Positions 1-9,491 of a stretch of DNA of 64,000 bases are shown in pieces (position 1 is the stretch's first letter; every line of letters starts with the position of its first letter). Below the pieces are notes generated by a model, which saw nothing but the letters and a program-made list of their open reading frames with translations, made no database searches and was not told the origin of the DNA. Source of the DNA: a virus. The translations under genes and the position numbers were made by a program. The DNA lies in the IMG/VR virus record IMGVR_UViG_3300025096_000004, positions 1 to 64,000 of that record; one strand, given 5' to 3'.

Positions 1-1
1 C

Positions 2-1087
2 GATGCCCTTTATAAAGCGATAGTCGATTTTTTTGTCGATGTACTCTGGAAACCAAATAATTTTAGAGTTAGATATATACCAGCCGGGGAATCAACCCCT
101 CCCAGCGAGAGCGACTGGTATCAATCCTTTGACACAGGCGAAGACCTTAGAGCCCCGGAAAGTGAAAACGAAAAACACGCCGCCATGTATGGAGATGTCC
201 TAGCAGATGAGAAATATCTTTACAAGAGATATTTAGAGATTCTTGCGGACAACAATGTCACAGATGATCCGATTTTCTCAGATTGGTCAAAGGGCGGCAA
301 CCCGTATCGCGCACCGGCGCACCCTGATTTTGTCTACGCTATCAATAAATTTCGTTTCCGGGCTGTTTACAGAGATCCTACCGGCAACTCCGGCGGTTCA
401 ATGTCTGATAATGGTCGTATGACACTATTTCATTATGGACGGATTGACGGTGTTGATGACAACGAAGCCTTCTTGAGACTAAAGGAGAAATTTCGAAGCA
501 CATTGGATCATGAAATAGTTCACTACATAAATTCTGTTAGGTCGGGATTTGTCCGTACTCGTTCAGTCGGGGGAGAAAAACAATATGATACTGGCTCTCA
601 AGAGTATGTAGACTCCACAGAGGAAATGCAAGCAAGGCTGATTGAAGCGTTTAAAAGATTTGAACGTCTGCCTGATGTCCCCGAGCGGCGATGGACAACA
701 AAAGAAGAAGGCGGATGGTGGAAAACTTTTAAAAATTGGATTGGCATGGGCTACGATCCCTACGACCTTAGTAAAGATAAAGACAGAGATGGCCTCGCAG
801 ACCACCCCAGCCTCAAACGTAAAGGCAAAGAAAGATGGTATCTAACGCTTTACACAGGAAGTATTAGATGGTTTATCAAGCAGTGGATTGAAGTCTTTTA
901 TGCCGAGGGAATAGAAAGATATTATCTTGAAAATCACACCAAAGAGAACCAACAAAGACTACTTGGCAGGGTTTATCAATATGCCAAGGATTTGAAAGAC
1001 AGCAGGAATTATAAAAAATGGGTTGAACAAGAAGAGCGCATGAGAGCCTCAATTGACAAAGCCTTTAAGACTAACAAGGAGACATAA
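2..1087 (+). CDS. Zincin-like metallopeptidase-domain protein, 5' truncated by the window edge
   Basis: Frame is open from base 2 to the stop at 1087. HEIVH (HExxH) with a downstream EEMQARL third-ligand-like motif. Confidence 0.6.
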   Translation, partial: DALYKAIVDFFVDVLWKPNNFRVRYIPAGESTPPSESDWYQSFDTGEDLRAPESENEKHAAMYGDVLADEKYLYKRYLEILADNNVTDDPIFSDWSKGGNPYRAPAHPDFVYAINKFRFRAVYRDPTGNSGGSMSDNGRMTLFHYGRIDGVDDNEAFLRLKEKFRSTLDHEIVHYINSVRSGFVRTRSVGGEKQYDTGSQEYVDSTEEMQARLIEAFKRFERLPDVPERRWTTKEEGGWWKTFKNWIGMGYDPYDLSKDKDRDGLADHPSLKRKGKERWYLTLYTGSIRWFIKQWIEVFYAEGIERYYLENHTKENQQRLLGRVYQYAKDLKDSRNYKKWVEQEERMRASIDKAFKTNKET

Positions 1088-1089
1088 CA

Positions 1090-1254
1090 ATGACAGAGAT
1101 ATTAGCATCGAAAAACTTTAGTTTGTTTTGTGCTGTTTTAAACGGCGCGTTTGCACTTCAAGCGTTCCTTATTGGCAGTTGGTTATGGGGCGGATTCTGC
1201 TTGGCCTTCTGTGTATTATGTTCGAACAATTATCGAAATGCGGAGAAGCAGTGA
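1090..1254 (+). CDS. Small hydrophobic (about 2 TM) hypothetical protein, 54 aa
   Basis: Hand-translated. Below the ORF-track cutoff; its TGA overlaps the GTG of the next gene. Confidence 0.45.
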   Translation: MTEILASKNFSLFCAVLNGAFALQAFLIGSWLWGGFCLAFCVLCSNNYRNAEKQ

Positions 1255-1451
1255 GCCCCGGAGACAGAGTGAGAGATTTGATTCGTGGGAGACTCGGCAC
1301 CTCTAAAGGCCCCGTATTTCGTTATGGTGTGCATTGGGTTTTGGTCGAGTGGGACACCGGCCCTGACTCCATTATTCTGGAGCACTGTCTGGAACTATTC
1401 GACCAAAAGGAGAATGATTGGGACTGTACACCCTTCGGTGAACAAAGATAA
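1251..1451 (+). CDS. SH3-like mini-protein (MSPGDRV...)
   Basis: GGAG upstream of the GTG at 1251; xxGDxV start and WVLVEW strand resemble the cassette family. Confidence 0.5.
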   Translation: MSPGDRVRDLIRGRLGTSKGPVFRYGVHWVLVEWDTGPDSIILEHCLELFDQKENDWDCTPFGEQR

Positions 1452-1457
1452 ATAAAT

Positions 1458-1533
1458 GCAGGTGTAGCTCAGTTGGTAGAGCATCACGTTGCCAACGTGA
1501 ATGTCGTGGGTTCGAGCCCCATCACCTGCTCCA
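1458..1533 (+). tRNA. tRNA-Gly(GCC)
   Basis: GCAGGTG/CACCTGC acceptor stem, GCTC D-stem, TCACG-TTGCCAA-CGTGA anticodon arm, GTGGG-TTCGAGC-CCCAT T arm, encoded CCA; 76 nt. Confidence 0.97.
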
Positions 1534-1553
1534 TTTTAAAAAAGGAGGATTGA

Positions 1554-1814
1554 ATGAAAAAGATTATTCATGTCAACCAGCATAAAATTCGCAAGAATAC
1601 AAAACATGGAACTGACGAACCAGTTCTTACTGTTAAGACTTACAAAGAAAACAACTATGCCCACGAAGCTATAATGAAAACGAAAGATGGTGCCACAATC
1701 GGCAAAGTAATATATAGCCCTCACAAACCACTAAGCTGTGGAGCGAGGGTGTGGATTGAATTGGATACTGATGTTATTGATGTGGATCTAATTGTAAGAG
1801 GTGAAGATGTTTAA
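1554..1814 (+). CDS. Hypothetical phage protein
   Basis: GGAGG SD, clean 86-aa ORF. Confidence 0.7.
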   Translation: MKKIIHVNQHKIRKNTKHGTDEPVLTVKTYKENNYAHEAIMKTKDGATIGKVIYSPHKPLSCGARVWIELDTDVIDVDLIVRGEDV

Positions 1815-2694
1815 CTTATTATATTTATTGGCCTGTTCACCAGAAATCGGTCTGATTGGTTACAGAGACAAACAACAAGATAGCAGTGCGGTGCAAGATA
1901 CTACCACCACTACGGAACCTGCCGGAGAGCCCTCCCCCCCTGATACCTCCCTACCCCCAAGGGAGGGGGTGTCTGGATATATATATTGGAAGCTTCAACA
2001 GGTCGCTTGCCCTGCTTGCGTTGGTCAATCTCATGAAATCGCAATAGATTTTAAAGCTGAATTCCACCAACCGATTACAGATTCACATGTTGGTTGGATA
2101 CCTGAACCTTCAGAGTGTACTCAGAACTTATTTATAACCAATCCCTCAACCATACCTGAGAGTGTAGGTTCCAGCCTAACGCTACAGGGGAACATTCATT
2201 CGTTCACAGTGCCAATGACAGGCCAAGCCCAATATGAAACACAGCAGATATATGAGACACAATATGAGCGTGATACAATCTACAGCCTGTATGGTGATGG
2301 GGTCAATACCACATTCACTTCGTCTCATGGGTTTGATTATATTGAACCCTTTAATATGTTATATGTTGATCCGTCATATGCTTTTGACGCTGCAATAAGC
2401 CGCACTGGTATGACATTCTTTTGGGGTCCGAGTGGGACCAATCACAAGTTTATGATTACAGTTTCTGTTTATAGTCAAGATGGCTCTCAATTCCTTGGTT
2501 ATGTAACTTGTGTGGGCTCTGACGTTGGCTATATGACAATCTCAAGCCAGTATCTTTCTTCATATCCAGTTTGGTCGTTGGTCGCAATTCACCTTGCGAG
2601 ACACCAAGTTGATCTTATTGAGACGGATTTATTTAATTCTTATATTGAATCTCACATGGAGTGGGAAGTGGTAGGAACAGGGCACATTGAATAG
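1807..2694 (+). CDS. Putative lipoprotein
   Basis: MFNLLYLLAC lipobox-like start followed by a T/P-rich linker. Confidence 0.6.
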   Translation: MFNLLYLLACSPEIGLIGYRDKQQDSSAVQDTTTTTEPAGEPSPPDTSLPPREGVSGYIYWKLQQVACPACVGQSHEIAIDFKAEFHQPITDSHVGWIPEPSECTQNLFITNPSTIPESVGSSLTLQGNIHSFTVPMTGQAQYETQQIYETQYERDTIYSLYGDGVNTTFTSSHGFDYIEPFNMLYVDPSYAFDAAISRTGMTFFWGPSGTNHKFMITVSVYSQDGSQFLGYVTCVGSDVGYMTISSQYLSSYPVWSLVAIHLARHQVDLIETDLFNSYIESHMEWEVVGTGHIE

Positions 2695-2702
2695 GAGAAC
2701 CA

Positions 2703-3023
2703 ATGCCAAAAAAATCATTAGATAAAAAAAGCGACATCGGTGTCATGGATCGACAGAAGAATGAGATGGAGCCACCCAAGAAGTACAAAGTTGTCTTCCA
2801 CAATGATGACTACACTTCGTTTCAATTTGTTGAACAAGTGTTGATACAACTGTTTCACAAATCAGCCACAGCGGCCAGATCCATTGCCAAATCAATACAT
2901 CACTCTGGGAAGGGTATAGCTGGTGTCTATTCCAAGGAGATCGCTGAAACCAAAGCCCACCAAGTCAACCTTGCTGCCAGAGCACAGGGATTGCCCCTGC
3001 TGGCGGAGATTGAACCGGAATGA
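2703..3023 (+). CDS. clpS: ATP-dependent Clp protease adaptor ClpS
   Basis: PPKKYKVVFHNDDYTSFQFV, HHSGKGIAGVYSKEIAETK, PL..IEPE are typical ClpS motifs. Confidence 0.93.
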   Translation: MPKKSLDKKSDIGVMDRQKNEMEPPKKYKVVFHNDDYTSFQFVEQVLIQLFHKSATAARSIAKSIHHSGKGIAGVYSKEIAETKAHQVNLAARAQGLPLLAEIEPE

Positions 3024-3158
3024 ATCCTATTTTGAAGAAAATTTGTTTAGTTTGTGTATTCATAAATATATATCTTATGTTCTTCAATATCATGATTGAG
3101 GCCGAATGGTACGTTCCTTTCATGAACTTTCTATTCGCAGGGCTGTGTTGGTACTCAT

Positions 3159-3866
3159 ATGACAAGTCATGATAAAGATTACGTCCGACTAATAATATCG
3201 GATGTGCATCTTGGGAGTTACTATTCAAAAGAAGCCAAGCTGCTCTCCTTTCTCAAGACCGTTGAATTTGATGAATTGGTCTTAGCTGGGGATATTATTG
3301 ACTTCATCAAGATACCTCAGTTCACCGAGACAACAATAAAGATTTTTGATTATATATCAAAGCTGAATAAAAAAATAATATATGTTGTCGGCAATCACGA
3401 TATTGCATTTGAGAAGTTCATCGGCAAACAGTTTGCCCACATTGAGTTTGTCTCTCAGTATGAGTTTGAATATGGGAACAGATCATATAGGATTCAACAT
3501 GGCGATCAGTATGAAACTGGACTGATACACTGGAGATTTACAATGAAAGTGGTCTCTGTGTTTCACGATATGTTGGAGAGATTCTTTAAAAGAAACCTCG
3601 CAGCCCTTCTTGTAAAGATGTTTGTTAAGAAGAAGAAGATCAAGCGTATCTGGAATCTCATCCAGTGGAATGATGATGTTGATGTCTTCATCATGGGACA
3701 CACTCATATTCCTGAAGTGGTCATCTGGGTAGACCAGAGCGAGAATATAAGAACCTATGCCAACACGGGAGACTGGGTTGAGCACACGACATATATCATT
3801 CTTAAAGACGGAAACCTGCGATTGAAAAAGTATGAATTGTCCCAATCTGGCGACACACCACCTTAA
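3159..3866 (+). CDS. Calcineurin-like metallophosphoesterase (LpxH / UDP-2,3-diacylglucosamine hydrolase-like)
   Basis: ISDVHLG, LAGDIID, VVGNHD, HGD, GHTH, NTGDW motifs. Confidence 0.85.
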   Translation: MTSHDKDYVRLIISDVHLGSYYSKEAKLLSFLKTVEFDELVLAGDIIDFIKIPQFTETTIKIFDYISKLNKKIIYVVGNHDIAFEKFIGKQFAHIEFVSQYEFEYGNRSYRIQHGDQYETGLIHWRFTMKVVSVFHDMLERFFKRNLAALLVKMFVKKKKIKRIWNLIQWNDDVDVFIMGHTHIPEVVIWVDQSENIRTYANTGDWVEHTTYIILKDGNLRLKKYELSQSGDTPP

Positions 3867-3908
3867 TGAAATCTCGCTGCTATTTAATTGCAAACAAGGA
3901 AAGAAATT

Positions 3909-4862
3909 ATGTCTTTATCAATAGTATTTGGTGCTATTGGTTTTTTTTTGGCAGCATTTTCTGTCATTGGAAACGATAGCGCACAAACACTTGGAACTTT
4001 TATAAGCTCCAACAACAAAAAGGTTAAGTGGTATTGGATGTGGGCTTTTGCATCTGTCATTCTGACTGCTACCCTCCTATCGGGGTGGGTGCAAGGTGAC
4101 ATTGCATTTGGCCGCCTGAATAAGATTCCACTTCCCGATCAATTTCAGTGGTATCACGCTATGGCTCCAGCATTGTTACTGGGGCTTACTCGTTTTGGAA
4201 TACCCGTTTCGACGACACTCTTAACTTTAAGTGCCTTTTCGAGCGGCATTGTGTTGGAAAAGATAATCATGAAATCGGCCATGGGCTATGCGATAGCTGC
4301 TGTGGCTGCATATGCCATTTGGATGGTCATGTCGAGGTATCTAAATGAAAAGGAAAAGGTGAGCGAGAACAAGAGAAAGTTTTGGGCTATAGCTCAATGG
4401 TTTTCAACAGGTTTCTTATGGTATATGTGGTTGTCGCATGACATCGCCAACGTCTTTGTTTACCTACCAAGGGACGGCGTTTCGTTGCAGATGATGTTAG
4501 GTGTAATTGTTATTCTGGTTATTGGTTTGGCTCACCTGTTCTACAATCGAGGAGGAAAGATCCAAGAAATTGTCCTCTCCAAGAGTGGAACCCGCTTCAT
4601 CCGATCAGCTTGTCTCATTGATTTATTTTATGCAATGGTTCTCTGGTATTTTAAGATATACAATGATATTCCAATGAGTACCACATGGGTCTTTGTTGGC
4701 CTGTTGGCTGGTAGAGAGTTGGCAGTGTATCGAATATTCAATAAGGACAAAGAAGTTAAGGTCATCTTCCCAGTACTTGTTGATGACTTCTTAAAAATTA
4801 TGTTAGGTCTTGCACTTAGTGTGGCTGTAGTCACGGGTGTAATCTATTTTGATTCTTTGTGA
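3909..4862 (+). CDS. PiT/PHO4-like inorganic phosphate transporter homolog
   Basis: Multi-TM protein; GNDSAQTLGT (GANDxAN-like), PVSTT and second-repeat HDIAN / MSTTWVFVG motifs. Confidence 0.65.
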   Translation: MSLSIVFGAIGFFLAAFSVIGNDSAQTLGTFISSNNKKVKWYWMWAFASVILTATLLSGWVQGDIAFGRLNKIPLPDQFQWYHAMAPALLLGLTRFGIPVSTTLLTLSAFSSGIVLEKIIMKSAMGYAIAAVAAYAIWMVMSRYLNEKEKVSENKRKFWAIAQWFSTGFLWYMWLSHDIANVFVYLPRDGVSLQMMLGVIVILVIGLAHLFYNRGGKIQEIVLSKSGTRFIRSACLIDLFYAMVLWYFKIYNDIPMSTTWVFVGLLAGRELAVYRIFNKDKEVKVIFPVLVDDFLKIMLGLALSVAVVTGVIYFDSL

Positions 4863-4890
4863 ATAAGTTAAGCCCCGCGTCGTTATTTCG

Positions 4891-4919
4891 GGTCAAAGTG
4901 TTAAGCTTTGGCCTTTTTT
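4891..4919 (+). terminator. Rho-independent terminator
   Basis: GGTCAAAG-tgttaag-CTTTGGCC stem followed by T6, downstream of the transporter gene. Confidence 0.65.
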
Positions 4920-4959
4920 ACTTTCCTTTCTATAGTTATTAATAGGGGGGAGTTATGAA

Positions 4960-5679
4960 ATGTATTTTGGGGGATTACTTTTAAGTTTGTTGATAAGCTG
5001 TGACGTAAGGATCACAGAAGACCCGTTTTCAATAGACATTCAGTCGCAATCAGTCTGCCGCTACAATCCAAAGGGATTAAAGCAATCGATGAAATCTTCG
5101 GTGCAAATATCTTTTATGGTTGGTGGAGAGCAAGTTGGCAAAGCATCGGGCAACTATTTCAAACATCGTGGGAACACTTTTGTAATCACCGCAGCCCATG
5201 TGGCTGATGCCGCCGAACAATCTGATCTTGTGGTGAACGAAAGGATTGGTATTGGATATTCGGAGGTGGACATTGTCTACACCAACGAGATTCATGATCT
5301 GGCTATACTTAAACTCAAGAGTGACTTGGCCACTGTTGATCCTATAAAGTGGCGCAGGAAGGATCGGTGGGAGCTTGACATCGGTGAGCCTTTGTATTAC
5401 ACTGGTCATCCAATGGACTTGGATCATATTTCATTCAATGGTTCGGTTGCCAAGATTTATCAAGAAACAATTGTGATGCAGGGATTTGCCTATATGGGAT
5501 CATCCGGCTCCGCAGTATTTGACAAGAGAGGGAGAGTCGTTGGGGTCATCTCCGCAATAAAGTTTGACGTTCCGGGCGGCGCATTTCCACAGCTTCTTCC
5601 AAGCGTTGTAATGATTGGGGGCATAAGTGTGCTGCATGATGGAGAGCTTCACAGCCTCTTGGAGGCTGCTGGTGAATGA
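4960..5679 (+). CDS. Trypsin-like serine protease, probable lipoprotein
   Basis: TAAHV (His), HDLAIL (Asp), GSSGSA (Ser); LLISC lipobox. Confidence 0.85.
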   Translation: MYFGGLLLSLLISCDVRITEDPFSIDIQSQSVCRYNPKGLKQSMKSSVQISFMVGGEQVGKASGNYFKHRGNTFVITAAHVADAAEQSDLVVNERIGIGYSEVDIVYTNEIHDLAILKLKSDLATVDPIKWRRKDRWELDIGEPLYYTGHPMDLDHISFNGSVAKIYQETIVMQGFAYMGSSGSAVFDKRGRVVGVISAIKFDVPGGAFPQLLPSVVMIGGISVLHDGELHSLLEAAGE

Positions 5680-5912
5680 AGTGGAGATTTAAGATTGGCA
5701 CCCTTTTAGAAGACTCGGGAACCGTCGGTGTAGTCTCAGCCCACTTACCTTTGGGTTGTGAAACATTTGAAGGATTTGCAAAAATCAATTGGAGAAATAA
5801 CTATGAAATAGTATATGCAAATCAGACTACTTATATAATAGGGGCTTCCGCCCTCCACCGATTAGTTGACTCTGGTCAAATAAATTTATTAAAACTTCCT
5901 TATAAAACTTGA
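5676..5912 (+). CDS. Hypothetical SH3-like protein (FKIGTLL..GVV)
   Basis: ATGA overlap with the upstream gene; start resembles the cassette family. Confidence 0.55.
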   Translation: MKWRFKIGTLLEDSGTVGVVSAHLPLGCETFEGFAKINWRNNYEIVYANQTTYIIGASALHRLVDSGQINLLKLPYKT

Positions 5913-5937
5913 CAAGAGATAGAAAATTGGTTATATT
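5909..5937 (+). promoter_or_regulatory. sigma70-like promoter without palindromic box
   Basis: TTGACA-17-TATATT. Confidence 0.75.
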
Positions 5938-5957
5938 ATAGACACGCTGGAGAACAA

Positions 5958-6203
5958 ATGTTACTGGAAAAGGAAAAAGGAATTATAAAATCCATCGGCC
6001 CATTTGAGAGAGCCAAGACAAACTTAGAAAGGTTTGCGTGGAATTTTATGATTGTTTACACGGTGTATAACATTGTGAAAGCTTATGAATACATCGAACA
6101 GGGTGAAGAGGATAAGCTAAAACTCACCAAAATAACGGCTGATACCACCCTACAGGGGGTCTTTCACCTTATTTTGGAAAAGAACAATAATGTTTGGGAT
6201 TGA
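5958..6203 (+). CDS. Hypothetical protein
   Basis: GGAG SD directly after the promoter. Confidence 0.6.
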   Translation: MLLEKEKGIIKSIGPFERAKTNLERFAWNFMIVYTVYNIVKAYEYIEQGEEDKLKLTKITADTTLQGVFHLILEKNNNVWD

Positions 6204-6205
6204 CA

Positions 6206-6463
6206 ATGTTCGGAGAGTTACACCAATTCTTGTCGTTTGACAGCAGGAATGAAAGAAGAGAATATTGGCTTGGAAGGCTTGTGCAAGCAAAATCGCCCAT
6301 AAGGATCGATTTGTTTAACTTTTTGCCACAAGATATTCTTGGCTTAGTAATAGATTTGGAGGAATCAAATGGATCTAATTATGTATTGGTTGTTAGGTGG
6401 ACAAATGGTCTTACCTTTCCCTGTTATCAACACAGCATTTATTCACATGAAGAAGGAAAATAA
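6206..6463 (+). CDS. Hypothetical protein
   Basis: ORF in an operon; LGLVIDL..YVLVVRW strands are SH3-like. Confidence 0.55.
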   Translation: MFGELHQFLSFDSRNERREYWLGRLVQAKSPIRIDLFNFLPQDILGLVIDLEESNGSNYVLVVRWTNGLTFPCYQHSIYSHEEGK

Positions 6464-6464
6464 A

Positions 6465-6776
6465 ATGACAAAGTCTAAACACACAACAAAGGCCACTAAA
6501 AAAGAGATTAAAGGTGGTTTAATGACTCTGGCAACAGAAAACACCCCCAATAGGTTCAATGTCAAGTTTGATAGCGATGGCTCCGGCCCTTGTGCGGTGC
6601 TGATGGTCGAAAGAGACAAGGGGGAGGATTCCAATGGACGCTCCCCATTTAATAGCTGGACAATGATGCCAGCGAAATATATGGGCTGGCGAGTTGTTTT
6701 CTTGCATGTTCCACATGGATATATTGACACATTTTATGATGCCGATGGTAATTATAAAGTGACAGCAGACGCTTAA
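6465..6776 (+). CDS. Hypothetical protein
   Basis: AAGGA SD; stop lies just before the first boxed promoter. Confidence 0.6.
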   Translation: MTKSKHTTKATKKEIKGGLMTLATENTPNRFNVKFDSDGSGPCAVLMVERDKGEDSNGRSPFNSWTMMPAKYMGWRVVFLHVPHGYIDTFYDADGNYKVTADA

Positions 6777-6777
6777 C

Positions 6778-6820
6778 GGACATTTTCTGTCCTCGACAAT
6801 CTGGTTGAACAGGTTATATT
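6778..6820 (+). promoter_or_regulatory. Boxed promoter 1
   Basis: GGACA-ttttc-TGTCC, TCGACA-16-TATATT. Confidence 0.85.
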
Positions 6821-6840
6821 ATTAATACATTGGAGGTCAA

Positions 6841-7026
6841 ATGAAAAAAGAAAACAATGAAATTACTATCAAGATTAACGTGTCTGATGCCATGCTTTCA
6901 GCAATAGCGAATGTTTTGGTCATGACGAGTTCGCCCAAGCTACCACAAGCTCTTATGACACTGAAGTCTACTACTACCCTGCCCCCCTCACCCCCCTTGG
7001 GCTTCCGAGCAAAAGGGGGTAATTAG
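6841..7026 (+). CDS. Hypothetical protein
   Basis: GGAGG SD after the boxed promoter. Confidence 0.6.
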   Translation: MKKENNEITIKINVSDAMLSAIANVLVMTSSPKLPQALMTLKSTTTLPPSPPLGFRAKGGN

Positions 7027-7027
7027 C

Positions 7028-7822
7028 GTGTTTAAATACGCTCACGGAGGCGTGGTTAGGTGTTCATTCTGTGGCGTAAGGGGGCATAATATACGATCTT
7101 GTAAAGATGTTGTTATAGCAGCAACTGATGAGGACAATATATCTTATGACGCACAACAGGTTTATAAAGCCAAGTCCGAGTTGGCCAAGCGAACTGCTCC
7201 AAAGTCCAAACAGGTGAACCAAAGAGGTAAACCTCGTTGCGGTTTTTGCCGATCCACAAAGCACAATAGAAAGAATTGCCGAAGAATGAAAAAGTTCAGA
7301 AACAAGCTTTATAAAGCAAATACAAACTGGCGGAAACATTTTGCAAATAGGGCTAACATTCTTGGTGTGGGACAAGGGGCTTTAATAGAGGCATGTGGTG
7401 TGCCTGTAAATGTGTTGGCGAAGTTTAGTGTTTCACCCACCAAGGGAAGTCATATTGGAATCGTAAATGAATATGATTATGACAATTTAAATGTATTTTG
7501 CAATTACTCTGGTTCATATGATTATAGGTCATCGGCAGATGTAACTGCCAAACTAATAACCACCGGCGGTTTGGTAGATATAAGCATAGGGAAATATATT
7601 GGTGAGGATTTGTTTCGTGAAAACACCCTTTTCGCTCATTGGTGCAAGTTTAAAGTTATAAATCGAAAAGAAATACAGTTTTCAAAGAAGTGGCTGGGGG
7701 ATAAGAACATCCCGATGTTGGATTGGTTGCCCCAAACACACAGTTTTGAAGAGTTACAATCGCTTGGCATTGTTGCGTTTTTAGATTATTGGACAAAAAA
7801 TGTCCTCGACAATAATGAATAG
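7028..7822 (+). CDS. Double CCHC zinc-knuckle protein, paralog 1
   Basis: CSFCGVRGHNIRSC and CGFCRSTKHNRKNC (CX2CX4HX4C). Confidence 0.8.
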   Translation: MFKYAHGGVVRCSFCGVRGHNIRSCKDVVIAATDEDNISYDAQQVYKAKSELAKRTAPKSKQVNQRGKPRCGFCRSTKHNRKNCRRMKKFRNKLYKANTNWRKHFANRANILGVGQGALIEACGVPVNVLAKFSVSPTKGSHIGIVNEYDYDNLNVFCNYSGSYDYRSSADVTAKLITTGGLVDISIGKYIGEDLFRENTLFAHWCKFKVINRKEIQFSKKWLGDKNIPMLDWLPQTHSFEELQSLGIVAFLDYWTKNVLDNNE

Positions 7823-7833
7823 TGGGTTATATT
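7791..7833 (+). promoter_or_regulatory. Boxed promoter 2
   Basis: GGACA-aaaaa-TGTCC, TCGACA-16-TATATT. Confidence 0.85.
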
Positions 7834-7859
7834 AGTTATGTATTCAAACGGGAGGCAAA

Positions 7860-8039
7860 ATGAAATACAATATTATTAAACTTGAACAGCAACCTAAAGG
7901 CTCAGTTCATTGTGGAACTATTCGTTCCGAAGGGAAGGTGGCGACCTATTTAACAAGGTCATCAGCTTATGAAAAGGTGAGCAAACTGAAAACAACTTCG
8001 CCCAATTCGACATTTATTGTGTCGAAGCACTGGAGGTGA
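7860..8039 (+). CDS. Hypothetical protein, 59 aa
   Basis: Hand-translated; GGAGG SD after the boxed promoter. Confidence 0.55.
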   Translation: MKYNIIKLEQQPKGSVHCGTIRSEGKVATYLTRSSAYEKVSKLKTTSPNSTFIVSKHWR

Positions 8040-8042
8040 TTC

Positions 8043-8216
8043 GTGAAAATCGGAGACACCGTTAGGATAAGACCTTCTGGTGAGGTGGGGGTAATTACGG
8101 AAAGTGTAGACCGTGTTATAGGAACACATGTAGACAAATTGCCAAGGTGGGTTGTCCACCTTGCTATAACAATGAGAAATCATATATTTTTAGAGAAGGA
8201 TTTAGAAATAATTTAA
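8043..8216 (+). CDS. MKVGDL-family mini-protein (MKIGDTVR...LEII), 57 aa
   Basis: Hand-translated; GGAGGT SD, GTG start. Confidence 0.7.
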   Translation: MKIGDTVRIRPSGEVGVITESVDRVIGTHVDKLPRWVVHLAITMRNHIFLEKDLEII

Positions 8217-8338
8217 TACTCAGATGGAGGGGTATACAATGAGCAGAATAGTAAAACGGGCAGTCGCCCTGTCCAGAAAAAATAGCGAATGGTATGCAGC
8301 CAGCAGCCAACCAAAACCATTAACCAAAGAGGTGAAAA

Positions 8339-8665
8339 ATGAAAACAAAGAGATACAAAAGGGTCGTGTGTAAAGATGGGTTCTCAATGAGCGTTCAAGC
8401 TCATGATGGGGCTTATTGCGAACCAAGAATAGATAATGCAGCAAATTACACAGAGGTAGAAGTCGGCTATCCAACACAGATAGAAGAACTGCTCATGCCT
8501 TGGTGTGAAGACAAAGATAAGCCATGCAATACAGTCTATGGCTATGTCCCTGTCTTCACTGTTCACCTCGTTATAACAAAACATGGTGGTATGGTTGAGG
8601 GTGAGGTTCCAAACGGAGTGTTGCTTTATGATAAAGCCGGACAAAATCTGTCCTCGACAGGATGA
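8339..8665 (+). CDS. Hypothetical phage protein
   Basis: GAGGT SD; 108 aa; reads through boxed promoter 3. Confidence 0.7.
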   Translation: MKTKRYKRVVCKDGFSMSVQAHDGAYCEPRIDNAANYTEVEVGYPTQIEELLMPWCEDKDKPCNTVYGYVPVFTVHLVITKHGGMVEGEVPNGVLLYDKAGQNLSSTG

Positions 8666-8681
8666 CGGAACAGGTTATAAT
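8639..8681 (+). promoter_or_regulatory. Boxed promoter 3
   Basis: GGACA-aaatc-TGTCC, TCGACA-16-TATAAT. Confidence 0.85.
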
Positions 8682-8696
8682 GTAGGAGACTTAGTA

Positions 8697-8912
8697 ATGG
8701 TACACGGGGTTCACTTGGGTATCATTACTTTGTTTTATGCTCCCCGTGGATTGTGGGTAATAAGGCTTGCACATGACGGACAGGAACTTGCCCTATTTAG
8801 GGATGATTTTGAACCATTAAACTATATGGAGAACAATAATGGAAGAACAGATGACAATAATGGAAAAGTTAAGATATGTTCCCAAGGAGGGGGATGTGTT
8901 GATTTATCTTGA
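8697..8912 (+). CDS. Hypothetical SH3-like protein (start uncertain)
   Basis: GGAG upstream of ATG 8697; in-frame VGDLV lies just upstream, overlapping the -10. Confidence 0.45.
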   Translation: MVHGVHLGIITLFYAPRGLWVIRLAHDGQELALFRDDFEPLNYMENNNGRTDDNNGKVKICSQGGGCVDLS

Positions 8913-9084
8913 TGGGTCGCACTTGCAAATCAAAGAGATTAAGAAAACCCACGTTAAACTTGAAAAATCGGGAAGCGGTGAGGATCTTCCTTTGAAGCCC
9001 GTTGCTCACATTAGGTCAGATATGATTAAGAATGAGTGCTTCCTTTGCAGAAGAAAATTGGCGGCACCAAATGAAAACAGGTGA
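8839..9084 (+). CDS. Hypothetical protein ending NENR (cassette-type junction)
   Basis: 3' end overlaps the next cassette start by 14 nt. Confidence 0.55.
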   Translation: MEEQMTIMEKLRYVPKEGDVLIYLDGSHLQIKEIKKTHVKLEKSGSGEDLPLKPVAHIRSDMIKNECFLCRRKLAAPNENR

Positions 9085-9241
9085 TTTGGTAAAAGTACAA
9101 GGACACTGCGTTGAAGAGTATGCCCTGTTGGTAGAAATTGGGGAAAAAGATGGTTGCAATTGGGTGCGGGTTCGCTATTTTGATGGTGAAGAGGAAGTGC
9201 TTCATCCAACACAGGTGAAAAGAGTTAGTGAAAGCAGGTGA
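9071..9241 (+). CDS. MKVGDL-family mini-protein (MKTGDLVKVQGHC...)
   Basis: Conserved start and SESR end; close paralog of 10166-10357. Confidence 0.75.
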   Translation: MKTGDLVKVQGHCVEEYALLVEIGEKDGCNWVRVRYFDGEEEVLHPTQVKRVSESR

Positions 9242-9446
9242 TTTGATATGCTTTGCTTTCAAACCCCCTTTGCGGAGGGTTCCCCCAATGGCAATAGTTG
9301 TCCATGCCTACAAGAGTCATGATTACCTCGAAGGACACGTTGAGGTTGTTTGGATAACTGGTTCGATGGCTGGACAAAGAAAGTGTTACCCCCCTTCAAA
9401 CTTGGTAAAAGTAAAACCGGACATTTTTTGTCCTTTACAACTTTAA
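9228..9446 (+). CDS. MKVGDL-family mini-protein (MKAGDLICF...)
   Basis: GTG start in a 14-nt overlap junction. Confidence 0.7.
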   Translation: MKAGDLICFAFKPPLRRVPPMAIVVHAYKSHDYLEGHVEVVWITGSMAGQRKCYPPSNLVKVKPDIFCPLQL

Positions 9447-9462
9447 GCAAATATGCTATATT
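9419..9462 (+). promoter_or_regulatory. Boxed promoter 4 (variant)
   Basis: GGACA-ttttt-TGTCC, TTTACA-17-TATATT with TGn extension. Confidence 0.8.
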
Positions 9463-9491
9463 ATATATGAACCCCAGAACAAGGAGTTAAC

